Assembly (NCBI GenBank): GCA_965248055.1
Contig: CBDFIJ010000004.1
Location: 1,248,001-1,312,000 of the forward strand
Direction: 5' to 3'
Length of the DNA: 64,000 nt
Source of the DNA: Candidatus Multivoradales bacterium
Lineage (GTDB): Bacteria; Acidobacteriota; Thermoanaerobaculia; Multivoradales; JAHEKO01
How positions within the stretch are numbered: the stretch's first letter is position 1; each line of letters starts with the position of its first letter. The notes under the pieces are model-generated. The model was not told where the DNA came from, ran no database searches, and saw nothing but the letters and a program-made list of their open reading frames with translations. The position numbers and the translations under genes were made by a program. Positions 40,601-49,439 of this stretch are shown one piece after another.

Positions 40601-41874
40601 TCAACGATGGAGGAACGTCGGGCCAACCGTTCATGGGCTCCCGCCAGATCGGAAGAGGTTAGGGCGGCCAAGAGAGACAGCTCTCCACACAAGACCACCG
40701 CGCCGAGAATCTCGGCCAAACGCATCGCGGCAGTACCAGGACGCTCCGAATCCAGCGTCACACCCAGAATCTGCAAACACTCTTGCTGGGTCGCCAGAGC
40801 GGTCCCCCCGCCAATCGCCCCCAGGGGCACGTCTGGAAGATTGACCGCGATATGAATCCCGCCCTCGGCGCGATCGATGGTGGTAACTCCCATAGCCGCT
40901 TCGACCACCTGCGCCGGGTCTTGCCCGGTGGCGAGAAAAAATGCCGCTACGACGTTGGCAAAATGCGCGTTATAGGCAAAGGTCCCCGAAGCGATCGAGC
41001 CGACAAAGTTCTTGCGCCACTGCACTTCCAGCATCGCGTCCGCGTCGGTCTTGAGGCAGTGTGCTAAATCCTGATCCGAAATGATCGCTTCGGCGTGAAT
41101 CCGCTTGCCACGACCTTCCAAGAAATTGAGCATCGAAGGTTTCTTGTCGACACAGTAATTCCCCGAAAGGGCCACGCACTCGATACCAGTTTCCGGACCG
41201 ATCAGCTCACGGATCACGCGATCGCAAGCAATGGTCGCCATATTCATACCCATGGCATCGTCGGTCAGGAAGCGAAAACGCAGAAACACCGAAGTCCCCA
41301 CCACGTGGGGGCGAACCTCTCTCAACGTCAGATGCCCACTGGTGGCTTCGGTAACTTCTTTGAGACGTTGGTGATTCTCGGTCACCCAATCGATGAACTG
41401 GTTCGCTTGCTTGCGGTTCTTGACGCGAAAAACAGGAGCCCGCGTGATCCCCACATCTTCGACAAAGACCTCTGCGCCGCCGGCCTCGGTGATCGCCCGA
41501 CATCCCCGATTGACGCTGGCGACCAAAGCCCCCTCAGTGGTGGCAAGCGGAACCCAAAGCTCCTCCTGCAGCGCGACATGCTCACTGACAACTTTCAACG
41601 GGCCGACTACTCCCAACGGAATCTGCATCGCGCCGATCAGGTTTTCGCAATGCTGTGATCCGGCGCGCTCTGCGTCCAACGAATAACGACCCAAGTGGTC
41701 AAGATCGCTCTCGGTCCGGCTCGCTACCACCAGCCGACGGATCTCTGCCTTGTCCTGTTGGTTCAACGACTCCGGTAAGTCATGCACTCGCGCCTCTCCG
41801 GCGAGCACGCGACCAACCCATTCGCGAATCAGATCGCCGCCTTCGTGCGCAGGCATCAATGGCTCTGGCTTCAT
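40597..41874 (-). CDS. hmgA: HMG-CoA reductase, class I (NADPH)
   Basis: CENLIG, ATTEGALVAS, DAMGMNM, GNYCVDKK, C-terminal HERL. Confidence 0.93.
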   Translation of the reverse strand: MKPEPLMPAHEGGDLIREWVGRVLAGEARVHDLPESLNQQDKAEIRRLVVASRTESDLDHLGRYSLDAERAGSQHCENLIGAMQIPLGVVGPLKVVSEHVALQEELWVPLATTEGALVASVNRGCRAITEAGGAEVFVEDVGITRAPVFRVKNRKQANQFIDWVTENHQRLKEVTEATSGHLTLREVRPHVVGTSVFLRFRFLTDDAMGMNMATIACDRVIRELIGPETGIECVALSGNYCVDKKPSMLNFLEGRGKRIHAEAIISDQDLAHCLKTDADAMLEVQWRKNFVGSIASGTFAYNAHFANVVAAFFLATGQDPAQVVEAAMGVTTIDRAEGGIHIAVNLPDVPLGAIGGGTALATQQECLQILGVTLDSERPGTAAMRLAEILGAVVLCGELSLLAALTSSDLAGAHERLARRSSIVD

Positions 41875-42986
41875 ACCCCTTCAATCTCCAGTTGTGCCAA
41901 TTGCTCCAAGCTTGCGGCGCCGCAACAAAACATCGCGATCCGCAGCTCCCGAATCCACCGACTGGCTTGCTCGGCAACCTTCTCTGGACTCTCCAGCGCA
42001 GGGCCAAGAAACGGCTGCGCCATCGCCACCCAACTGGCCCCGAGACTGATCGCTTTGGCTCCGTCCAAGCCATTGCGAATACCACCGCTGCCGATTACCT
42101 CGATCCCGGAAATTCCCTCCAGATTGCGAATCGCGATCGGCGAAGGGATCCCCCAATCGGCGAACACCTCACCCAGCGAGCGATCCCCGGCCCTAGATGC
42201 CTCGATACGGCCCCAGTCCGTCCCGCCGCTCCCCGCAGCATCGATCAGGGTCACTCCGACATCGCGCAAAGCCAAGGCACTTTGACGGTCAATCCCGTGG
42301 CCAATCTCCTTGACCATCACCGGAACCTCCAGGCTCCGGACGATCGGTTCGAGCTGGCGTAGAAGATCGGAGAAATTGCTTTGCCCCTCGGGCTGGATCG
42401 CCTCCTGAAGCGCGTTCAGATGAAACGCCAACCCATCGGCCTGCACCATTTCGACCGCTCGTTGGCATTGGTCAATTCCGTAGCCATAGTTGAGCTGCAC
42501 CATCCCCAAATTGGCGATCACCGGGATCTCCGGTGCCACCTCGCGTACCGAATAGGTCGAAACCAAGGTCGGGTCTTCGATCGCCGCTCGCTGTGAGCCC
42601 AGACCGAACGCCAAGCCAATTTCCTGAGCCGCAGCAGCGAGGTTGCGATTGATCACCTCGGCCTGCGCGGTACCCCCGGTCATCGCGCCAATGATCAAAG
42701 GTGCGGAAATCGGCTTGCCGAGAAATTCGCCGCTGGTCGATATTGCCTCCAACGAGATCTCCGGCAAAGCCCGATGCGGCAACCGCAGCTGATCAAAGCT
42801 TCGATTCTGTCTGTGCATCCCAGGTCCCGCCATCCCGCTTCTCTGTATGCCAAGTCCCTGCATCTGGGGGTCTAGAGCAAGCTCAATGTGTTCACTCTTG
42901 CGGCTCTCAAAATCCTCGTCAGGGTCGCTCGGAATCGATGGAAGCGCGGGCGTGGACATGGGAATGATTGGGGCCGAATTTGCCAC
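41871..42986 (-). CDS. fni: Type 2 isopentenyl-diphosphate delta-isomerase
   Basis: RKSEHI, AMTGG, GSQRAA, HLNALQE, KEIGHG, SGGIRNGLD. Confidence 0.95.
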   Translation of the reverse strand: MANSAPIIPMSTPALPSIPSDPDEDFESRKSEHIELALDPQMQGLGIQRSGMAGPGMHRQNRSFDQLRLPHRALPEISLEAISTSGEFLGKPISAPLIIGAMTGGTAQAEVINRNLAAAAQEIGLAFGLGSQRAAIEDPTLVSTYSVREVAPEIPVIANLGMVQLNYGYGIDQCQRAVEMVQADGLAFHLNALQEAIQPEGQSNFSDLLRQLEPIVRSLEVPVMVKEIGHGIDRQSALALRDVGVTLIDAAGSGGTDWGRIEASRAGDRSLGEVFADWGIPSPIAIRNLEGISGIEVIGSGGIRNGLDGAKAISLGASWVAMAQPFLGPALESPEKVAEQASRWIRELRIAMFCCGAASLEQLAQLEIEGV

Positions 42987-43068
42987 TCAGGTTGGTCAGC
43001 GATGATAGCACCGCCTCGACGTTGCCCAGGAGGCGACGCGCCCACTCCGAGGCCGAAGAACCCGATCT

Positions 43069-43680
43069 CTAGCCGTCGAGGTCCTCCTGCTGTGGCTGCT
43101 CTTGTCCTGGACGGGCAAAAGGAACCACCTTACCTGCCGGGGGCTCTACTTTCCCTGGGTCCGAACCCTGACTTGGCGCATCGATCTTTTCCACTTTTGC
43201 CTCAAAGCGTGAAGCTGGCTCTGAGGTTGATGGCGCTGCCGCAGGCGATCCGCCATTCTCCTCAGATCCTTCTTCCTGATCGTTATCCGTCGACGAGGAA
43301 TCGGTCTCTGCTCCCTGTAACTGCAAACTGCCTTCATCAGTGGTCTCAAACCCGAACTGGGCCGTGGGGTCGGCAAATCCACACACTGCCAACCAAGGCA
43401 CCAAAAGACGCTCGCGGACACCGCCGAACGCCAAGACCACGGAAAAATCGCTCTCAGCCAATTCCAGATCCCAAAATTGATGCTCCAACACGATCGTCAT
43501 CTTCTGTGGATACCGCTCTTTGAGCGCGTCGCTGATTTCGACTTCTGGATGATCGGTCTTGAAACTGACATAGAGCGCGTGACCCTTGGGGATTCCCTGC
43601 TCCGAGACCACTTCGAGTACCTTAGGAATCACCGAAAGCATCCCTTCGACCAACCACTTTTGGTAGTCCAGGCCGCTCAC
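43069..43680 (-). CDS. sspB: ClpXP specificity-enhancing factor SspB (alphaproteobacterial type)
   Basis: H..YVSFKT.HP.V, YPQKMTIVLEHQFWDL, FADP, KVVPF tail. Confidence 0.82.
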   Translation of the reverse strand: MSGLDYQKWLVEGMLSVIPKVLEVVSEQGIPKGHALYVSFKTDHPEVEISDALKERYPQKMTIVLEHQFWDLELAESDFSVVLAFGGVRERLLVPWLAVCGFADPTAQFGFETTDEGSLQLQGAETDSSSTDNDQEEGSEENGGSPAAAPSTSEPASRFEAKVEKIDAPSQGSDPGKVEPPAGKVVPFARPGQEQPQQEDLDG

Positions 43681-45386
43681 GATGATCCACCTTCGCTGGC
43701 TTTGTCGTTTGCTTTCTGATCGGCCTCGACCTTCTCCTCGAAACCCATATGTTGCAAATGGGCCCACACCTGACGCTTTGCCAGCGGCTGCACAAACACC
43801 GGCAATTCTTCCTCGTAGGCGGCCTTGACCAAGCGAGACATCTTGCGTTCGCCGTTATCCCATGCCTCCTGAATCCGACTCTCCCGCCATTGCCGATGCT
43901 TCAACGCGCGCGTGAAATGCTGCCTTCCGTCGAGCAAGGCCGGGCCGTGGGCCGGCAATGCCAGAAAGTGGCTCATCTCCGCAAGACGCGCCAAGGATCG
44001 AAAGTAATCTCCCATGTTGCCATCTGGAGAATCGATAACAATCGTGCTCACACCGGAAATCATGTCACCCGCGATGAGCCAGCGGTCATGGTCACAAGAA
44101 AAACACAAATGGCCAGAAGCATGCCCGGGCGTATGCATAGCCGTGACTTGCAAATCTGGGCCCAAATCTGGATCTCCGATGAGCGTCATCTGCTGGCCGT
44201 CAGCAAGCGTGCGCTCGACTGCAATCTGTCCTTCAAGTCGTTGCGCGGTCTTGGCGTGAGCAGCAATCGGCACTCTCAAGGCACCGGCTAACGCTGCCAC
44301 GCCGCCAACGTGGTCGGGATGGTGGTGGGTCAGCCAGATCTCCTTCACCGCAGCCAGCCCCCCGGGCAACGCAGACAGTGCTGCCAAGAATCGTTGCTGC
44401 TGCTCGGGAAACGGCGACCCCGGATCGACAACTACGCGTTCCCCATTGCCCAAGACAAAACAATTGGTGGTCGCTGCTGGAGGAAGAGTCGGCGTCACTA
44501 ACGGAAACAACAACACCCCGGGCTGAAACTCAATGCGGCGAAACGCGCCGATATTCGCCTCGCTGGGAGTCACTAGGCGTTGCAAGGTCGAATCGTTGGC
44601 GGTCGGATCGCCTTCTGCCGTCTCCCCAGAACCAGCCCCAGAACCAACTCCTGAACCAATCCCAACCTCAGCCCCAATCTCAGCCCCAATCTCAGCCAAG
44701 GCTCGCAAGATGTACAACACCGGCGGCGCCGCCATCACCGCACCGTTTTGCCAACGCTCTATCCCCTCAATCGGTCGAATCCACTCAGCGGTTTCCACCT
44801 CGTGCTGCCACCGCTGCGGCTCAAGCCGGTCAGCATCCAGAAGAAAAAACCGGTTGTCAAAACGCATCGGGCCCAGCGGAGGGGTTAACCACCGTCCGGC
44901 ATAGGTCAGTTTGCTGGCGTCAAAAGGTCCGTATTTATCCACCAGATCCACAATCGTGGCTTCTTGGCTTCGTAAACCATCGAGATCGTCATCCGCCACC
45001 TCAACCAACTTCTCCCCCACCCACCAACCCATCTCCTCCACCAACTCCCTGAGAGCCGTAGCCACCAGCCCCGGGATCATCAAATTCGCTAACTCAATCC
45101 CATCCGTCATCGCTGGAGGCAAAGCACCCCTCGGGTCTGTTCCCGGCGGAATCCGCACCTCCCCAACCACCTCCAACCCAGCATCTGCCGACGCCAGCCC
45201 GCCTCCGGGGAACGCGTACCACCCACCCATGAACCGCTGGCCCCGCGCTCGCCGCATCCACAACACCTCGGCGCGTCCCCCGCGCATCCGATAAGGGATC
45301 ACCGCCGCCGAGGCACGAGGAGGCCGCGGTGCAACAACTGCTAGCCCCTGAGCGGCTTGGAGAACTTTTTCGTAAAGACCGGACAT
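43677..45386 (-). CDS. NUDIX hydrolase - metallo-beta-lactamase fold fusion (LACTB2-like)
   Basis: FPGG..RELVEE, RFDNRFF; TPTLPPA, THHHPDH, HTPGH, GDM. Confidence 0.85.
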   Translation of the reverse strand: MSGLYEKVLQAAQGLAVVAPRPPRASAAVIPYRMRGGRAEVLWMRRARGQRFMGGWYAFPGGGLASADAGLEVVGEVRIPPGTDPRGALPPAMTDGIELANLMIPGLVATALRELVEEMGWWVGEKLVEVADDDLDGLRSQEATIVDLVDKYGPFDASKLTYAGRWLTPPLGPMRFDNRFFLLDADRLEPQRWQHEVETAEWIRPIEGIERWQNGAVMAAPPVLYILRALAEIGAEIGAEVGIGSGVGSGAGSGETAEGDPTANDSTLQRLVTPSEANIGAFRRIEFQPGVLLFPLVTPTLPPAATTNCFVLGNGERVVVDPGSPFPEQQQRFLAALSALPGGLAAVKEIWLTHHHPDHVGGVAALAGALRVPIAAHAKTAQRLEGQIAVERTLADGQQMTLIGDPDLGPDLQVTAMHTPGHASGHLCFSCDHDRWLIAGDMISGVSTIVIDSPDGNMGDYFRSLARLAEMSHFLALPAHGPALLDGRQHFTRALKHRQWRESRIQEAWDNGERKMSRLVKAAYEEELPVFVQPLAKRQVWAHLQHMGFEEKVEADQKANDKASEGGSS

Positions 45387-45410
45387 AGGGCCCAGTTTAC
45401 CGATCCTTCC

Positions 45411-45430
45411 TAAGTGCCACCCGAATATTT
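45411..45430 (+). repeat. REP-like transposase end motif, inverted copy
   Basis: TAAGTGCCACCCGAATA matches the reverse complement of the 53456 copy at 16/17. Confidence 0.6.
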
Positions 45431-45533
45431 GTATTTGAAGAACAGGAAGCATGAGCCCACGCCCATGGGTTGCCAAGAAGCTAGGCAGCCTGGGTTCACT
45501 AGGTAAATCTTTTGATGTGTTAACATCTGATGC

Positions 45534-45776
45534 GTACGCACCACCCTTAACCTCGCCGAAGATATCCTCCTAGCGATCAAAGAACGCGCCCGCCGCCAGG
45601 GTCGTAGCGCCGGGGAGGTACTCTCTGAATTGGCCCGCGAAGCCTTGACTCGCGATCGGGTCGCCGGCGAAGTCGCTGAAGATGGCGTTTTCTACGGTTT
45701 CGAGCCACTCCCCCGCCGCGGCCCTGCGATCTCCAACGAACTGATCGATCAACTGCTGGAGGACGAGCCAGATTGA
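45534..45776 (+). pseudogene. vapB: VapB/CopG-like antitoxin lacking an in-frame start
   Basis: Paralog of 55348-55590; ATG position reads GTA, in-frame TGA two codons upstream; ATG at 45530 is out of frame (MRTHHP*). Confidence 0.75.
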
Positions 45777-46201
45777 TGCGTGCGCTCCTCGACGTCAATG
45801 TGCTTCTCGCCCTGCTCGACGCCGACCATGTCGACCATCGGCTTGCTCGCGCATGGCTCAATCGCGACATCGGACACGGCTGGGCGTCCTGCGCGATCAC
45901 CCAGAATGGTTTTGTCCGCGTCGTGACTCAGGAGCGCTACCCAAGCCCGGTGTCAACGAAGGAAGCGACTCAGAGGCTGCGGCGAGCGACTTCCACCGAG
46001 CATCACCAGTTCCTGCCCTGCGATGCCAGCATCCTCGATGAAGTTATCCTCGCCGACCGCATTCATGGATCGAGACAAGTGACTGATGTGTATCTGCTGG
46101 CTCTCGCCATCGCGCACGGCTGCCGCTTCGTAACCTTCGACCGCTCGGTCCCGCTGTCCGCCGTAGTGGGTGCGGACCCGGAACACCTGCTCACTTTGTA
46201 G
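45776..46201 (+). CDS. vapC: VapC PIN-domain toxin
   Basis: ALLDVNVLLAL, QVTDVYLLALA, VTFD. Confidence 0.92.
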   Translation: MRALLDVNVLLALLDADHVDHRLARAWLNRDIGHGWASCAITQNGFVRVVTQERYPSPVSTKEATQRLRRATSTEHHQFLPCDASILDEVILADRIHGSRQVTDVYLLALAIAHGCRFVTFDRSVPLSAVVGADPEHLLTL

Positions 46202-46253
46202 GGTTCCGGCCCGTAGGTACAGAACCGGGTGCAGAACCGGCCGCCCGCCCTCG

Positions 46254-46340
46254 CATTATTCGGGTGGAACCTATTTGGGGCGGGGCGTCGGGCACGGAGA
46301 TGAGTAAGTGGTAGTGGTTGGACATGAAGGCGAAGGCGTG
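46254..46340 (-). mobile_element. REP-like end motif plus 56-bp transposase fragment (HUH region)
   Basis: CATTATTCGGGTGGAACCTATTT at 46254-46276; 46285-46340 matches 53207-53262 at 53/56. Confidence 0.85.
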
Positions 46341-46487
46341 GCAGTGCTCATATGTCATGGACGCATACAGGTTCCCCGAGGAAGCTCTCTACGCTTGCAG
46401 TTTGCGCCGGCTACCCGCTTACGGGAGTTTGTTTAGCCCGGCCGCCCGGTTTCAGTCTGGTAATGTCATTCTCAGGCGGACTCCAGT

Positions 46488-47273
46488 ATGGCTATTAGAT
46501 TCACCGAGGCGTTGGCCGCAGAGTATTCGGGGCGCTACGACTCCTGCGAAATCCGGACGGAGAGGTTTGCCGAGGTGGACCGCGTCGCAGACGCCGTCGT
46601 GGCGAGCAAGAGTCGCTACGAAGCGGCGGCCGGAGGCTTAGGCATCCCATGGTTTTTTGTCGGCGGTATCCACAATCTGGAGAGCAGTCTCCGCGTCGAC
46701 CGCCATCTCCACAATGGTGATCCACTCACCGGTCGTACGGTCCACGTGCCTCCCGGCCGTCCCCCGACCGGCAATCCGCCCTTCACCTGGGAAGAGAGCG
46801 CCGCTGACGCGCTCACCTTCGAACGGCTGGATCGAGTCGATGACTGGTCACTTCCCCGTCTCCTCTACGAAGCCGAAAAATACAACGGTTGGGGCTATCG
46901 TCGCCACCACCCGGAAGTGCTGTCACCCTACCTGTGGAGCTTCACCAACCACTACGAAAAGGGCAAGTACGTGGCCGACGGTCGCTGGTCGGAAACCGCG
47001 GTGTCCAGACAATGCGGTTTCGCGGCCGTGATCAGAAGACTGGAGGAGCGCACCGAGATCCCGCCGCTCGCGGCTCATCCACCCTCCAGGACATTCTTCA
47101 GGTTTTCGCGAATCAGCGCGGAAAAAAGCCGTGTCGTAGACCTGCAGCGGTTCCTGAACACGTTCGACGGGATTCGCCTGCGAGTCGACGGCGCGCCGGG
47201 CCCCAAGACATCCGCCGCTGTAGAGAGGATCTTCGGTGCCTACTTGGAAGGCGACCCGCGCAATGAGGAGTAA
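46488..47273 (+). CDS. Lysozyme-family protein (COG5526-like) with putative C-terminal peptidoglycan-binding region
   Basis: IHNLES, HLHNGDPL..RTVHVP.GRP, YNGWGY, SPYLWS.TNHY, DLQRFLN..VDG.PGPKT. Confidence 0.8.
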   Translation: MAIRFTEALAAEYSGRYDSCEIRTERFAEVDRVADAVVASKSRYEAAAGGLGIPWFFVGGIHNLESSLRVDRHLHNGDPLTGRTVHVPPGRPPTGNPPFTWEESAADALTFERLDRVDDWSLPRLLYEAEKYNGWGYRRHHPEVLSPYLWSFTNHYEKGKYVADGRWSETAVSRQCGFAAVIRRLEERTEIPPLAAHPPSRTFFRFSRISAEKSRVVDLQRFLNTFDGIRLRVDGAPGPKTSAAVERIFGAYLEGDPRNEE

Positions 47274-47802
47274 GCCGGCGTTGGGAGTCAAGCGTTCGAC
47301 ACCCTTACTCTTGCTCGCCCTGGTCATTGGCGCCTGCAGTGGCCCGCCGTCGAATCAGGCCGTCAAGACTGAGGAAATGCCGCCGGATCAGGCGGCGTCG
47401 GTGACCACGGTCGTCGACGGCGACGGGGACGGCCTATGGGCCACGACCACCGACGGGCGTCAATTGCTTGCAGACGACGGCAAGTACTACGAAGCACGGG
47501 TGTCACCGGACGGACGCTTCATTGCCGCTGACATCGCCGTGTTCAGCAATCTGCAGGTAACGCGGCTTTACCGGCGCCCCTCGGGCTCAGAGCCCTGGCA
47601 GCCGGCAGCCAACGTTTCCGAGACCGCTTGGAAGGCTGCAGCGCAGGCCCAAGAGTTCACAATCGAAGACGTGATCAACCCCCGGACCCGGTTTGTAGCG
47701 TGGTCGGAAGACGGAACCGCCCTCGAACTGGAAGTTTCCGGAACGCTGCCCGACGGCTCCGAGCTGCGCCACACCCATTCTGTGCAGCTCGAAGCCGATT
47801 GA
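47263..47802 (+). CDS. Hypothetical lipoprotein
   Basis: Lipobox LVIGAC; overlaps the stop of the lysozyme-family gene. Confidence 0.7.
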   Translation: MRSKPALGVKRSTPLLLLALVIGACSGPPSNQAVKTEEMPPDQAASVTTVVDGDGDGLWATTTDGRQLLADDGKYYEARVSPDGRFIAADIAVFSNLQVTRLYRRPSGSEPWQPAANVSETAWKAAAQAQEFTIEDVINPRTRFVAWSEDGTALELEVSGTLPDGSELRHTHSVQLEAD

Positions 47803-47898
47803 GGCCCTGCCGGAGTCCCGATCCCCTGCTACGACAATGAGGCGGCGCGAGCTCGTCACCTGACTGGCGCTTCTGTCTGGCGACCTAGCGCCGCTCCA

Positions 47899-48030
47899 TT
47901 CAATGATCCCGGCGGTGACCGTATCCTTTTGCCCCCACGCTTCAGCGGGATCATCTCCACCTTTGACCGCGACAAAATGTCTTGTCGCTATCTTCCGAGC
48001 CTGAGTCGCAGTGAGTTCTCCGTGACTGCC
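47899..48030 (-). pseudogene. Tyrosine integrase arm-binding domain remnant
   Basis: GSHGELTATQARKIA...VKGGDDPA resembles N-terminal arm DNA-binding domains of phage integrases. Confidence 0.55.
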
Positions 48031-48332
48031 TAGAACTTCTCCCGCCAACCGTGCATACGCCCAAGCTCTCGGGCGATATTGCTGTTGAGGTAGCCAACAA
48101 ACTGCGCCATTCGCTGAGCGTCAGGCACAGAGATCAGCATGTGGTAGTGGTTGGACATGAAGGCGAAGGCGTGTATCTCCACCGGGTAGAGCCGCTGCGC
48201 CCTGCCCATGACACCAAGGATCGCGTCGTTGGCTGCTGGTGAGGGCTTTAAGAGATACCGCCCCTGGAAAGTCCGTGTCGTGACTTCAACCAGAGTGTTT
48301 TCGGTCGGAATGAAGCGAAGTCGTCGTCCCAT
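48030..48332 (-). pseudogene. Truncated REP-associated-type tyrosine transposase (first ~100 codons)
   Basis: Near-identical protein to the N-terminus of 52510-53421; ends ...WREKF*. Confidence 0.9.
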
Positions 48333-48366
48333 GAAACCAGAGGCGTAAACCGACTCATTCACCTCG

Positions 48367-48529
48367 CATTATTCGGGTGGAACCTATTTGGAACCCATTT
48401 GGGTAGAGTATTTTCGGTCGGAATGAAGCGAAGTCGTCGTCCTATGAAAGGAGAGACGTAAACCGACTCGATCACCTCCCATTATTCGGGTGGAACCTAT
48501 TTAGGCTCAGTGGACCCTCTCTTGCGTGA
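48367..48529 (-). repeat. Two more end-motif copies with intervening and following transposase fragments
   Basis: Motif at 48367-48389 and 48480-48502; 48411-48479 repeats the transposase 5' end; 48510-48529 matches 52864-52883 at 19/20. Confidence 0.85.
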
Positions 48530-48584
48530 TTGTCAAAATCGAGAATAATTGCACTCGTGTTGGATGGTATCTGCTTGATTTGGC

Positions 48585-49397
48585 TTAGTGTTCCACACGG
48601 GGGGCGATGATCGCGTTGCAAGCCCTGATTAGATTTTTTTTGGAGTAATGGAAACCCGTAATCAACGTCATCATGTCCTCCCGTCCCAGGAGACGCCTCG
48701 TGATCTCAGGTACTCCAATTCCTTGATCGCGAAGCCTCCCCACTTCTTCGCGTAAGTTTTCCAGAAATTCGAGCTTTCTCTGGATCGCACTGCGACCCGA
48801 ATTGAGTACGCCCCGATGAGAACAGAAGACTGTTTCAAATTGCAGCTGGAGGATGTCGCGTAAGCTTTGGAGGTGAAGGCGAAGATCCTCGTCTTGTCGA
48901 AGGTATATGGTCTTGGACGATACGTAGAGGTCGCCGGAGAAAAGCCAACCCCGCTCGGGCTCCAAGTAACAAGTCATATCGCTGGAATGCCCGGGAGCTG
49001 ATATAGGAACTAGACGGAACCCACCCGCGAGCTCCAACGCCTCAGGGAGTACTGAAGTCTTGGCGGACCGTGGGCGCCCCCAGACGATGTGCTGGTATGG
49101 GCGGAGAACAAATCCATGGGCGAGCCTACGCCGTGATGCTACAGGCGCGTAAGCTCTAGCTCCGGTAGCGTCTCCGATGGAGGCTAAATTGCCACTGTGA
49201 TCCTCGTGGTGATGAGTGACAATCACTTTCGCAATGTCTCGCTCTTCTATAAAGCCCCTAACCACGGACCACTGGTTAGCCGGTCCGGTATCAATAATGG
49301 CGTCACCTAGACGGTAAAGGACGCAGGTGGTGTTTAGCCTGCCGGCAAATCGCCCGACGCGCAAACCCTCGACATCAGCGTGTTGAAATCGTGACAT
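48585..49397 (-). CDS. MBL-fold metallo-hydrolase
   Basis: IDTG, THHHEDHSG, PGHSSD, FSGD, CSH. Confidence 0.88.
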   Translation of the reverse strand: MSRFQHADVEGLRVGRFAGRLNTTCVLYRLGDAIIDTGPANQWSVVRGFIEERDIAKVIVTHHHEDHSGNLASIGDATGARAYAPVASRRRLAHGFVLRPYQHIVWGRPRSAKTSVLPEALELAGGFRLVPISAPGHSSDMTCYLEPERGWLFSGDLYVSSKTIYLRQDEDLRLHLQSLRDILQLQFETVFCSHRGVLNSGRSAIQRKLEFLENLREEVGRLRDQGIGVPEITRRLLGREDMMTLITGFHYSKKNLIRACNAIIAPRVEH

Positions 49398-49439
49398 CCG
49401 TTTCGATTCTCTCGTACGCCGGAAACTTCTTTGGATCCG

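Noticed and set aside
41655-43523. Long plus-strand ORFs opposite fni and sspB (and similar shadow ORFs throughout)
   Set aside because: Antisense shadows of well-supported genes in GC-rich DNA with low-complexity translations
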